DNA of 62,975 bases, the filler included, from Stramenopiles sp. TOSAG23-6 (lineage: Eukaryota): NCBI GenBank assembly GCA_900128565.1. It is 13 parts of 13 records of this genome, joined end to end, with 100 filler letters (N's around TTAATTAATTAA, not from the genome) between each part and the next. Parts side by side here need not be neighbours in the genome. Positions count along the whole stretch, not along the records: positions 1 to 4,773 come from LT637057.1; positions 4,874 to 9,644 come from LT637058.1; positions 9,745 to 14,513 come from LT637059.1; 10 more parts are not named here. One strand, 5' to 3'. Below, piece by piece: positions 1 to 11,091 of this stretch. Numbering within the stretch: the first letter of the stretch is position 1; each line of letters begins with the position of its first letter. The notes under the pieces are model-generated. The model saw only the letters and a program-made list of their open reading frames with translations. It searched no databases and was not told where the DNA came from. Made by a program: the position numbers and the translations under genes.

Positions 1-61
1 ATTTCAAAATTAGTACAAAAAAAAAAAAAAAAAGTTTTGCTTAGGTACAAAATTTCGTACG

Positions 62-93
<32 letters not shown>

Positions 94-140
94 TTGGGAA
101 AAAAATTTCGAACAAAAAAAAAAAAAAAAAAAAAACATAC

Positions 141-576
141 ACGAACCAAGACTGATTTTAGAAAAGAAAACGTCTTTGATGGGAAATCCTGGTGCATTGG
201 CTTTCAACTTTGGCTCCACACTTCGTCGCACCATTAGTTCTATTGCATCATTTAAATGAGGCCAAATGCTTTTGATGGTATTATTCAACCAATCTAATTT
301 CTCTACGTCAGGATTACGCACCCATTTTGGATAGGTTGTAATATTATCCTTTGAAGCTTGTCGTGATTTGATAATAGCGTGATAATCTACAATATTCAGT
401 GCACTTATAAGAGGACTCCATTCCATTATTAATTGACCTCCAAAGAACCAAAACAGTATCGGAGGTAATAAATATAAGAGTGGAAGGTTATAGACACCAA
501 CTCCATATAGCAACGTTGCTGATACACANGTTATCAACACGAAAAGACATCGTGCTGGTAGTAAACCTAAACCCAT
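141..576 (-). CDS. SMP-domain (extended synaptotagmin/tricalbin-like) membrane protein, 5' exon, partial
   Basis: Hydrophobic N-terminus followed by YPKWVRNPDVEKLDWLNNTIKSIWPHL...VEPKL...FSKISLG, typical of the start of an SMP domain. A family intron begins at 140 (GTATG) and runs off the contig. Confidence 0.75.
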
Positions 577-1045
577 TTTGATTAAATATTATACAATTAG
601 CACCAGCTCATATACGCTACTGAAGTANAGATGTATGGTTAGTAGTATTTCACTTGCTCTACTCTAAACCCTTTGAACGAAAAATCCAATATTAAAATAA
701 TATCTATATTGTATACAGCTACCTCTTTGAGAGAGGAGAAGAAAAACGACGACGGTTGTTTTTTTAGCTGGCTGAGCAGGTTTGTGATTTGTGATTTTAT
801 TATAGATACTTTCAGTTTACCGTCTAGCATTTGTATCTCTCTCTCTCTCCAGTCTCCACTCCACTACAACAAGCCCAAAAAACACACCAGTAAAATTCGG
901 TGTTTTAATCAATAGCCAAAGAGAGGTAAAAAAAGGACACTTTAAGTTCTCATTGTAAGAGTAGTAATACTCACTACACGTGTAGTGTAAAANACGATAT
1001 ANTACGAAAAGAGTACAATACACAACTACAAAACACACAGATATA

Positions 1046-2710
1046 ATGTCACGACGAGCAAAGGGTACTGCATTGACTGTACGAAATAACAGAACACCAG
1101 CTCGTAAAGCTGTTGTTCCAGCGAGAAAAGTTGCAGCTTTTGTAGACAAATTATATAAAATATTAGAGACGGCTTCTCCAGATATCATTCGTTGGACGAA
1201 TGGNGGCTCAGCTTTTGAAGTCAACGATACCGACAGACTTTCAAAGGAAGTATTATCTGTGTATTATCGAAGCGGAAATTTCCAAAGTTTTATTCGCCAA
1301 CTACATTTTTATATGTTTCGACGTATTGAAGATACAAAGAAAAAACAAACGAAAAAGACACATTGGGAATTCACACATGAATATTTTATTCGAGGTCGTC
1401 CCCATTTAATGTCAAAAATACAGAGAAAGACAAATGTATGTTTTATTTTTTTTTTTAAACCGAAAAAAAAAAAAATCCAATTTTTTTTTCGTAGGAAATT
1501 TTGTACCTAACAAATGTTTTAGAATTTTTTTCAAATATTTTTCCAAAATGCATGGTGACCTACAAACGAAAGCTGAGGTCAATGTTCTCAAGGAAGAAGT
1601 AGCAATGCTGCGTCATACCATGACCAATTTATATTCCAAGATGAACCAAATGTCACAGGTAATGCTTGCTCTTGTAAATGAAAGACCCGATTTACACTCA
1701 ACAATTAAAAACATGTATGCTTTTTTTTTTCGGTAAAAAAAAAATCGAATTTTTTTTCGTACGAAATTTTGTACCTAACAAAAAAATTTAGATTTTTTTG
1801 AAATATTTTTTCAAAATACATAATTTTAAGTCGAAGTCCACAAAGTACTGGACAGTCGCCAAATTTGAACCAAATCTCTTCGTCAATGGTTCCTTCCATG
1901 GCTACTCCTCTACCCATGCCTATAATACCAGTCAATACGAATAACATCAACACATTTTCCAGCGATTTTTCTACTGATTCAAAAAAAAGAAAATTAGGTC
2001 AAAGTACAACTGAGAAAAATAGTGATGATTTTTTACAGTTTAATTTTCCTCATGGAACAAGTACACAGCCACATATTAATTCAAACACAATACCCAAAAA
2101 TTCTCTTTCTCCAAATGAGGATGAAACATTTGCCATTGAATATTTAGGTGATTTGGAACGTGTACCATCACCAGATTACACTTTAATTTCTACCGATCGG
2201 AATAATGCGAATAGCCCTAACCCTAGTGGTTCTAATGGGAATGGGGTCAATACTAGTACTATGGACCCATCATGGAAGAAGTTTCCTGGTGATGGTAATA
2301 TTACAAGTTCATATGGACGTAGAAGGCATATTCCTAATTCATCACTAGATTTAACAAATGAAAAGAATGATTTTATAACNAACAATAATAACAATCATGG
2401 TAGTGANAATTTAGAAATGCCGAAATTTGATAGATTAGCTTCNTATGACAAAATTCCATATAGTGAGTTNAATAGATTATCAAGTATAAATAGTATTGGT
2501 AGTATAGATTTGACTGATTTAGGTATGGCCATTGATGACGCCGATAACCCTAATAGTAATAATCGTAATAACCCTAACCCTACAAATAAAAAAAANCAAN
2601 TTGGGGCACAAAAAAATGACGATGATATTTTAAATGTTTTAACCGATTCTCTATGGGATACACAAGACTGGGATGCTAATTTAAAACCAAAGGAGAATAA
2701 TGATTTATAG
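1046..2710 (+). CDS. Heat-shock-factor-type transcription factor (HSF DNA-binding domain, coiled coil, low-complexity tail); 3 exons
   Basis: Motifs AFVDKLYKIL..IIRW...SFIRQLHFYMFR..WEFTHEYFIRGRPHLMSKIQRK. Removing introns 1436-1553 and 1715-1821 (both GT..AT) joins three ORFs in frame. Confidence 0.9.
1436..1553 (+). other. Family intron, GT..AT, 118 nt
   Basis: AAT|GTATG...GAAATTTTGTACCTAAC...CCAAAATGCAT|GGT. The AG downstream of the core (1521-1522) gives a frameshift and a stop. Confidence 0.85.
1715..1821 (+). other. Family intron, GT..AT, 107 nt
   Basis: AAC AT|GTATG...CGTACGAAATTTTGTACCTAAC...AAAATACAT|A ATT; removal restores the frame into ORF 1865-2710. Confidence 0.8.
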
Positions 2711-2832
2711 TCATTTTTAAAGATGTGTGTTGTATTATAATGTATATATTTTCAAAAAATAAAAAAAAATCGAAAATTTTGAATANTTTTGAATATTTTT
2801 GGGTACCTGCCCCATTGACACCATTATTTGAT

Positions 2833-4617
2833 TTACATAATATCTCTAATATCTGACGTCGTTTCAACGGATTCCAATAATTTCTGCTGCAATTCCACCC
2901 TTTGTTGTGACTGTTCCTCCTCAGGCTCAAGCATATTCGATTCATGTGCATTTTCCCTCATTTGAAGCTCGATTCTTCTCGTTTCAAGCTGCAATTGTTG
3001 TAAACGCAGAGCGTGCTCCATTTTTTCCCTTTCAAACTGCATTTGTTGTAAACGCAGAGCGTGCTCCATTTCTTCCCTTTCAAACTGCATTTTTTCAAGC
3101 TCCATATTCCATTCAAGCTCCATTTGTTCCATTAATTCATCTCTTTTTCTTTCTTGATCTTCTGCATAACTTCTTTTTGATACTTGTTCACCCCAGCTGT
3201 AAAACATTTTCAATTTTCTCATCAAAGACCAAAATATAGTTGATTTAGATAATTGTAAATACGGATTATCCACTTTTCTGATGACGGCATTGGATGATTT
3301 TGCTTCTTGTTCTGGTTCTTGTTCTGGTTCTGGATGAATGCTTTCTTGTTCTGGTTCTTGTTCTGGTTCTTGTTCTGGTCGATATTTTTTAGAAATTTCT
3401 TTTACAGCAACAACAAATCGATTTTCTTGTGAAATGCGACAGTTATCTTCTTCTGTAAAATTAGACGGAAATATATCAAAACCGCTCAGACTGACATGAT
3501 GAGTTTCACCAGTTTGAAATACAAGCGCCTGTCCAAGTTTATCCATATCAGTAGGAAACCAAAAGTTTGCAAAGGATTCGTCTTTGGTGGGCTCAGATGG
3601 CGGAGGACATGTATGTTTGAATTCTGAGTCACTGATACTTTCTCCTTCATTGTTGACCCGAATTGCAAGTGGATGAACACGTAGTGGAAGTTTCAAAGGA
3701 AACCATACATTATACATTTGTTTCACATATAATGAAGGCTGCTCTTTTTCGTAAGATTTTTCTTCTTTATATGAAGGAATATTGTTCAGTGGGCGAATAA
3801 CACGATCTTCTGGCTCCCCGGATAATACAGTCTCATAATAATGTTCGATTGCTTCATTGAGTGTGTCAACATGAGCATACTTTACAGCAGAATTTCCTTC
3901 ATTTTCGTCATTTCCAACTGCGACAGGACACTGATCTCTTCCTTGTGTTGGCTTATTATCATCTTGTGTTACTCTGACAGCTGTCGATAATCTCCTGACC
4001 AAATCAAGAAAATGAAAGTCTTTAGAATCAGTTTCAACCTTTTCCTGAATAAAGTCATTTTCTTTTTGTAAAATTTTTTCTCGAACTGGGACAATTTCGT
4101 CAAGTCTGTACAAAAATATTTCCTCGTGAAACTGACACCGTTCGTCTTTTTCACACTCAAGTTCTTCTTTAATTGTTCCACAATCATGTGGTCCTTTGTA
4201 ATCATGAACAGGCCAACAATGCGGAAGTTGCTCTGTCAGCTCTCTCTTTATACTCCCCCAGGCGTCATATTGGAGATGTTCAAAACGTTTATAATCCTGC
4301 GGTTCCGCCTTTACATCTTGCAAGTCAAGTTCAAAACCAGAAACACCATGATGATATAAACTAAGATTAGTGAAATCTTTAAATGATTTTGGCACGAATG
4401 TAACTTTTGCAGTCGTATGACAATTTCCAGAACCAATATTGGTTACTTCACTTGCTTCATATTTGTCGTGACCATAACCACTTTTGAATGTTACATTTCT
4501 CTCAAAAAAAACACTTGCGCTTGCGCTTGCCTTCTTCTCTTCTACCACTTCCATTGCTTGATTTATCTCACACGATAAAAATAATGTAAGAATGGACCAT
4601 AGATAATTTAAATGCAT
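2833..4617 (-). CDS. Intronless secreted protein, possibly CmcJ/NvfI/AsaB-like oxidoreductase, with EQEP and coiled-coil repeats
   Basis: 594-aa ORF with a signal peptide. Motifs AHVD, NVWFPL, HPLAI, HHVSL and RISQENR occur in the order seen in that family; the family call is from memory and tentative. Confidence 0.5.
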   Translation of the reverse strand: MHLNYLWSILTLFLSCEINQAMEVVEEKKASASASVFFERNVTFKSGYGHDKYEASEVTNIGSGNCHTTAKVTFVPKSFKDFTNLSLYHHGVSGFELDLQDVKAEPQDYKRFEHLQYDAWGSIKRELTEQLPHCWPVHDYKGPHDCGTIKEELECEKDERCQFHEEIFLYRLDEIVPVREKILQKENDFIQEKVETDSKDFHFLDLVRRLSTAVRVTQDDNKPTQGRDQCPVAVGNDENEGNSAVKYAHVDTLNEAIEHYYETVLSGEPEDRVIRPLNNIPSYKEEKSYEKEQPSLYVKQMYNVWFPLKLPLRVHPLAIRVNNEGESISDSEFKHTCPPPSEPTKDESFANFWFPTDMDKLGQALVFQTGETHHVSLSGFDIFPSNFTEEDNCRISQENRFVVAVKEISKKYRPEQEPEQEPEQESIHPEPEQEPEQEAKSSNAVIRKVDNPYLQLSKSTIFWSLMRKLKMFYSWGEQVSKRSYAEDQERKRDELMEQMELEWNMELEKMQFEREEMEHALRLQQMQFEREKMEHALRLQQLQLETRRIELQMRENAHESNMLEPEEEQSQQRVELQQKLLESVETTSDIRDIM

Positions 4618-4817
4618 TCTTGTTGCTCTCTCTCTTTTTAGTGATACCGGTACCTGAATCCCAAAACAAAAGTATTTTCTTTTAATTTCAATGTTTTTTT
4701 CATACGGTACTGTACTGCGCTGAACACTGTATACTTTTTACATTTATTTTGGTTTTGGTTTTTCGTGTGTGGANNNNNNNNNNNNNNNNNNNNNNNNNNN
4801 NNNNNNNNNNNNNNNNN

Positions 4818-4829
4818 TTAATTAATTAA
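4818..4829. other. Artificial contig linker (TTAATTAATTAA between N runs); 12 copies in the window
   Basis: The same six-frame-stop linker also starts at about 9689, 14558, 19422, 24277, 29132, 33984, 38827, 43668, 48507, 53345 and 58183, spaced ~4.85 kb apart. Confidence 0.97.
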
Positions 4830-4986
4830 NNNNNNNNNNNNNNNNNNNNNNNNNNNNNNNNNNNNNNNNNNNNCAAAATTTCGTATGAAACCAAAAAAAA
4901 AAAATCGATTTTTTGTTAAAAAAAAAATTGTTAGGTACAAAATTTCGTACTAAAAAAAACAAAAATGGTAAAAAAAAAAAATGTAC

Positions 4987-5425
4987 AAGCAAGAATAAGA
5001 GTGTATGCCGTCCGTTCACATAATTTCATGAGCTGCAACAATGAACTCTCATTATCATCGACGTCTACATGACAAATTATAAGTCGATTTTTAAATTTAT
5101 GTGGGGATATTTTTGTGCAACGATCTATAATATATTTGGGATGAAGCATGTGATACTTTAAACTCAAAAATAGTGCACAAACACCATTTCCCAATAGGTA
5201 ATCAGCGTCAATTTTGATATCAGAAAAATGCCATGAAACAACACGAATGTGTTTAAGGATAGGATTTCCGCGCTGCCGAGATGATACTGTGATTGATTTC
5301 CCCGTAGACGTTAATGCTGCAGCATTTCGAGAAGTACGTCTATTATTTGCAGTAGTATACTCTGCCTTTGACCGAGGTTGGATTTGTTTCGATGAACTTT
5401 TAGGGAAATCAACATTGGTTTTCAT
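4987..5425 (-). CDS. ERCC1: DNA excision repair protein ERCC1/Rad10, first exon, partial
   Basis: ITVSSRQRGNPILKHI..ADYLLG..CALFLSLKYHMLHPKYI..TLILA. A family intron starts at 4986 (GTACA). Confidence 0.92.
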
Positions 5426-5799
5426 GATATCACAACTAAAACAATGAAAGAAACAATATACTTTTATACATTATTTCTTTTAAAGAACATAACTTCTTCA
5501 CATGAAACAAAAAAACAAGGAAGTAGTAGTGGCAAAGAAACAAAGTCGAAGTCTTCAGACTCTTCAAATCAAATCAAAACACCAAAATTTTGACCGACAC
5601 GAAATTTTGGAAATTTTGAATTTTTTTTTTTAGAAATGGATTTCCATCTTTACCTTCTTTACCACATTTACTATAAGTGAATAAATACTCCCTATGCTAT
5701 AGATAGATATTGATTTGAACAATTCTTTGAATTCAGAAAAAAAAACATAAAATTTATAATATTATATTTTATTTTATAATCATTGTGAAACGTCAAATA

Positions 5800-8700
5800 T
5801 TACGCTCCAATAGATAATACATCTTGACCAGATCCACGTACAAACACAACTGGAGGCATATCTACTGATAATATTTCAAGCCAACTTGTATATCTTCTAG
5901 TTTCCATTTGAAGATCTGCCAAGGGTAGTTGTACAAATATGATTGCCGATTTGACCGATGCTTCGTATAACAATTCTCTTAAACGCAGTACTACATTGTG
6001 AAAAAATATTTTTCCAAAATGTTTTTTGTTAGGTATGTAATTAGGTACAAAAAAAATACATGAAATGAATATTGAAGACGTACTCCTGCTAGTTTTTGTA
6101 GAAGCGTATTCCCCTCTCGCACTAATGCCTCTCCCAAATAAACCTCCTTTATTTTCACCATCATTCGTTGAGAAACCTGCATGTTTGCAAATGGTTTCAT
6201 ATTGTAATGTTGTTTTTTCACTTGGTCGAGTGGTTAACTCTGCCTCTATGGCCTCTACTTGTGCCGGTATTCGTAATTTTTTTAATAAATGGATCATTCT
6301 ACCAAGTGCTGCACTCAATTTTTCTTTGAAGGTTTTCGACTTGGATGCAANTACAAAAACTCGTATGAAATGATTTTGCCATACACGATGTTTTTGCACT
6401 AGAAAAGCAAGTAAGATTGTAAAACCACCATCATTGGCTAGCCACCAAACATCAATGTATTGTTTATCTTTTTTTGAAGATATGCCCATAATAGAGCTCT
6501 CGGAATACGATTCTGACGACATACGTCGAAGAATCGGCTTAACTATTTGGTTGTTATTGTTTGAGAATGACTTATCNCTTTTAAAATTACCAAATACACC
6601 TGAAGTAGAACTATGGGGATTAGTTTGATCTTCCTTTTGGAAATTGTCGTTCTTTTCTTTTATTAATGGCAGAGGCAATGAAAACCCTGTATCTATATCA
6701 CGAAATATACCATTTGAATCTCGTAATACAATCATTCCATAATTGTGCCAAATAGAATCTTGTATTATNGCTTCATATTCTAAAACTTCAGTTGCTGGTG
6801 CTGTGTCCCAGTCCTTTTTCCATCCTATCAGTACTGTATTTGGTCTAATTCTACCAAGGCCAGTTGTTTGAAGTAAATTACAAAATCCTTCATGTAATGT
6901 TGGTGCACTAATCACTTCGCAGAATGCACCACAATGGCTATGTTTATTTCGCCATACATGAGGGTTATTATATAAAAAATCATGCATTTTAGCCTTGATC
7001 TCTTGAGCATTCAGAAGATCTTCTCTTCTTGAAAGAAATCGATTACCACTTAATTGTTTAGAGTTGCAAACAACATTACCACAACACATTACTCCACCAC
7101 CACTGGAGTTTATTATAATGGCTAATTTCATCATTGCCATTCTTGAATTTGAAATATGATGAGTATTATCATTAAAAGCTTCTAAACAACCTGTAAGTAC
7201 TAAAAGTTCGGGTCTAAATGTTTTAGCATGTGGTGAAATTTCATCAAGTTCTTGAATATGTTTCAAAGTTACTACATATTTTCTGGCCTCCTGTGCAGGA
7301 CCCCAATGAACATCAATGTCAAGAAATCCTACGTATACATATATAAACGCACCTAAAACAAATGATAACAGTGTATACATCCAATTCATAACAAACATAC
7401 ATACCACNCACAGGAGTGCACCAACCAATGCTAACCATTTATTATAGTATTTAAATGTAGGTCTCCAAGACGAATGATTAGCATTTGCTACAGAGAAACA
7501 AGCATAGTTCAATGTCGCATATGCAATCATGAAAAAGTTTGAAATGAGAGGGGCAATATAGTCCAACTCGCCAATCAAACAAAATGCAGTTCCAATCACA
7601 AAAGTGAGGACGTATCCTCTCACAGGTTCATTNCCATGTNTTTNGNAAAATANTTCNAAAAAAAATCTNAAAAATGTGTTAGGTACAAAATTTCGTACGA
7701 AAAAAAAAACAAATTNAAATTTTCAAAAAAATAAAACATACATCACCGCTACCTTTTGAAAAGAAACGTAAACAAGCCCATGGAAATATATTATCTGCTG
7801 CAAGAGATTGAAGAATTCGTGGAGCACCAACAATGGATGCTAATGCTGACGAGAGAGTCGCTGCCCATACACCAACGTATAAAAGTGGAGAAAATACTGA
7901 CACTGTTTCCAGAATCAGTTTATTATATAACAAACCTCCAGTTGGTATTTTTCCAGTAAAATTGTTTGTATATTTTCCAGCTCCATTATCTGGACATATT
8001 TGCATTCCATCTGGATCAGAACACCTNACACANGTTAGACCTACAATCCAAATAAATATTACATATGTTGCAAATGTGAGAGCAATACCACGCGATGTTC
8101 CTTTTGGAATAGCTTCTGAAGGATCGTCCAGGTCACCACTCATATTACAGCCAGCTGTTATNCCTGTGACAGCAGGGAAAAATACACTAAATACACTGAA
8201 AAATGAATACTTGAAACCTGTGGAAGGATCCACCTGAAATGCAGGTAAATACATAGACGTCCAGTTTGTATCAGACACTGATATTTTTGTATTGCCAAAT
8301 GTTGCTTTCAAATCAAATCCCCAGAAACCTAACCCTGCATTAGTTGATCTACTTGGAACACCTGGTAAGAAAATACCTATAAATATACTTACCATTGAAA
8401 CAATTAGAATAAATAATAATATACGCATACTTTTTGCATATAATTTTGCTCCCCCTCCGGCAGACACAGCTAATAATATACTCATAGTACCTACACAATA
8501 NANTCTCATATCCCACGCCCAAGATCCTAATAAAGGTTCAATATCATTTTTTTTTAATATATCGAGAAGAGATTCGACAAAACCTATTGTATACATTGAA
8601 CATGCTACGGCCTGTGCAAAATAAAATAATAAACCAATCACTCCGCCGAATGCAGGACCGAGATTTCTTGAAATCAAAAAATAAGGTCCACCTGTACCGA

Positions 8701-9311
8701 CTTCACCATTTGTACATGTATTTTGGAAAAATATTTCAAAAAAAAAAATTAAAATTTGTTAGGTACAACATTTCGTACGAAAAAAAAATTCGATTTTTTT
8801 GTAAAAAAAAAAAAAACATACATAGAGCAAATATTGAAAGAGCAGTGATACCCGTGACGATATTCGATAATATTACTATTAATGTGCCTAACAAAATACC
8901 TGCCTGACCAGTAACCCAACTAGTACGTAGAAACATAATTACTCCCCATATATTCAATAGAACAGGGACCATGACTCCATCAAACCAGTTCAATTTTGTA
9001 CCAGANTCTTGGGAGACTTGAGCTTTTTTCTTTACATATTTTTTATGAGACATTGCTTTTGAGTTTGGAGCATACACGTCTTTTATATTTTTTAAATCCA
9101 ATGATACATGAGAAGGATCTTTTACTTGTCTAAATTGTAATGTGTTTGGAGGGCTCTCATATGCATCGTCAAACTTTCTTACTTTGTTGAATTTATTCGA
9201 TGCAACAACGACCTTGGCCACTGTTCGCATAGACGGTACTTTTCTTTTACTTTCTATTGCTACTAGCGGAAGCATTGTATCTTTATCATCTTTAATAGCA
9301 TATTCTGACAT
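5800..9311 (-). CDS. SLC12 cation-chloride cotransporter (NKCC/KCC-like); 4 exons
   Basis: Motifs [32 protein letters not shown] and FVRGSG. Removing introns 8716-8821 (GT..AT), 7636-7741 (GT..AT) and 5991-6083 (GT..AG) rebuilds [20 protein letters not shown] and KTSRILRLRELL. Confidence 0.93.
8716..8821 (-). other. Family intron, GT..AT, 106 nt
   Basis: CTA T|GTATG...AAAATACAT|GT ACA AAT GGT. There is no AG between CCTAAC and the conserved TNG motif. Confidence 0.88.
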
Positions 9312-9753
9312 TTTTTTTATTCTAAAGTAGAAACGATATTTATAATGCCATACTTTTTTTCATTCAATGAAAATCTGTCGATCTAGCTAATAGTAGTAAG
9401 TAGCTATTTGTACTCGTAAGTAGTCTAAAATAATAGTGGGAAAAAAACGGACAGTGAGCAGTTGAAAAAATTTACGTTAAAAACCGTATCCTAATTTAAA
9501 TTTCAGATCCAGAATCGTATCTGCTTTGTTTGTTGTTCTGCCGTTGAAATATCTAATATCTAAGTTTTTGACAATAACAAACCTAAAATCGCCATAATGA
9601 AGAAACATGTACTACTTATTCTACTATTATCAACGTGTCTTTCTNNNNNNNNNNNNNNNNNNNNNNNNNNNNNNNNNNNNNNNNNNNNTTAATTAATTAA
9701 NNNNNNNNNNNNNNNNNNNNNNNNNNNNNNNNNNNNNNNNNNNNTTTTTTTAA

Positions 9754-9786
<33 letters not shown>

Positions 9787-9891
9787 GGTTAGGTAAAAAA
9801 TTTCGTACAAAAACCAAAAAAAAAAAAAAAAAAAAAAAAAAATTGGACCTAACATTTTTTTTATAATTTTATTTTTATCTTTACTACACAG

Positions 9892-10240
9892 GGACATATA
9901 ACTTTTTTATCAAAGTTTCAAAAGATATTTACAACATTTGATTCAAATGGTGATGGAATAGTCGATGAGGAAGAATTAAGACATATTATTGTTACTTTAG
10001 ATAATTCAAAAACTCTAGAAAATGTCAACAAAATTGTAAATTTGATTGATGTATGTTTTTTATTTTTTTTTTACAAAAAAATCTAAATTTTTTTTTCGTA
10101 CGAAATTTTGTACCTAACAAATTTTGGAATTTTTTTTTAAATATTTTTCCAAAAAACATCCTTATAATAATCAACGCATTACATACAGTCAATGTATTAA
10201 TGCCCTATCCGATGAATTGATGCGCTTAGTGTGTATTTAA
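9892..10240 (+). CDS. EF-hand protein, last two exons, partial
   Basis: EF-hand FDSNGDGIVDEEEL. Removing intron 10051-10159 (GT..AT) gives IDPYNNQRITYSQC; stop at 10238-10240. Confidence 0.75.
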
Positions 10241-10377
10241 TAAGTAGTATATTGCTTGTATTGCGTGTAAGATTTTTCCATATATTTTTGTTTAATTTTG
10301 AAAAATAAAAGTAGGACATTACAATTGTTACGCATTTTTTTAAAATGGACATTGAAAATAAATGAGCTCAAATATTT

Positions 10378-10653
10378 TCATTGTTTCTCTATTTTTGTGA
10401 GAAGATCTTGAAGTTCTTCCAAATCTCTTTGGCCACAAGGAGAATTATCATTCATCGATCTAATCGTCTGTATATGTGAAAAATAACCACAACTACAGAG
10501 AATACCTAAAGTTCCTGCAGCCTTTACATAAGACCTGACAACCTCATCATTTGTACGTATTAGGGTTCTTGTGAATGGAACAAATATCAGAAGCTCATCC
10601 TTTGATGAAGATTGCATAATAAATTGCCAAGCCCGAGTTAATTTGGAAAACAT
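10378..10653 (-). CDS. Small hypothetical protein
   Basis: 91-aa ATG-initiated ORF with one hydrophobic segment; no recognised motif. Confidence 0.35.
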   Translation of the reverse strand: MFSKLTRAWQFIMQSSSKDELLIFVPFTRTLIRTNDEVVRSYVKAAGTLGILCSCGYFSHIQTIRSMNDNSPCGQRDLEELQDLLTKIEKQ

Positions 10654-11091
10654 CTTAGACTGACTTTGTCAACATATTGGAGGAAAATGTATAATGTGTA
10701 TCACTTTGAAAAGTCCTTTGAAAAGAATGAAACACATACCAAACACACATCTCCTAGTAGCTAGTAAAAATATCTCTCAACCTCAAAAACTTTGTATCTC
10801 CGAGGGCGAAATTTTAAAACTTTCCCATTACCCGGTCCCCGGTATTGGAAAAGGTATACCCGATTTCGTGGTGTACACAAACTTGGTTGGGTCAAGTGCG
10901 AAGAAGCTGTCAAGAAAAAGAAGAAGCTGCTTTGCTGAAAACCATAATATATATAGCGGTACTACGTACTAGTACGAAGTCCACACAAACAGAAAACTAC
11001 TTACAGTACCCAGTCTTGATTGTCCACGCAATACCCTATTTTAAATTGATTCAGTGTGTCAAATTGCTTTTCTTTTGCATGATATTTTAGA

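Noticed and set aside
1434-1551. Classical U12-type AT-AC introns
   Set aside because: There is no ATATCC 5' motif, and introns without the AT repeat (34338-34440, 34195-34293, 59319-59426) favour the GT-start register.
4773-4873. Regularly spaced TTAATTAATTAA palindromes as a biological repeat
   Set aside because: They are always embedded in N runs and are an artificial six-frame-stop contig separator.
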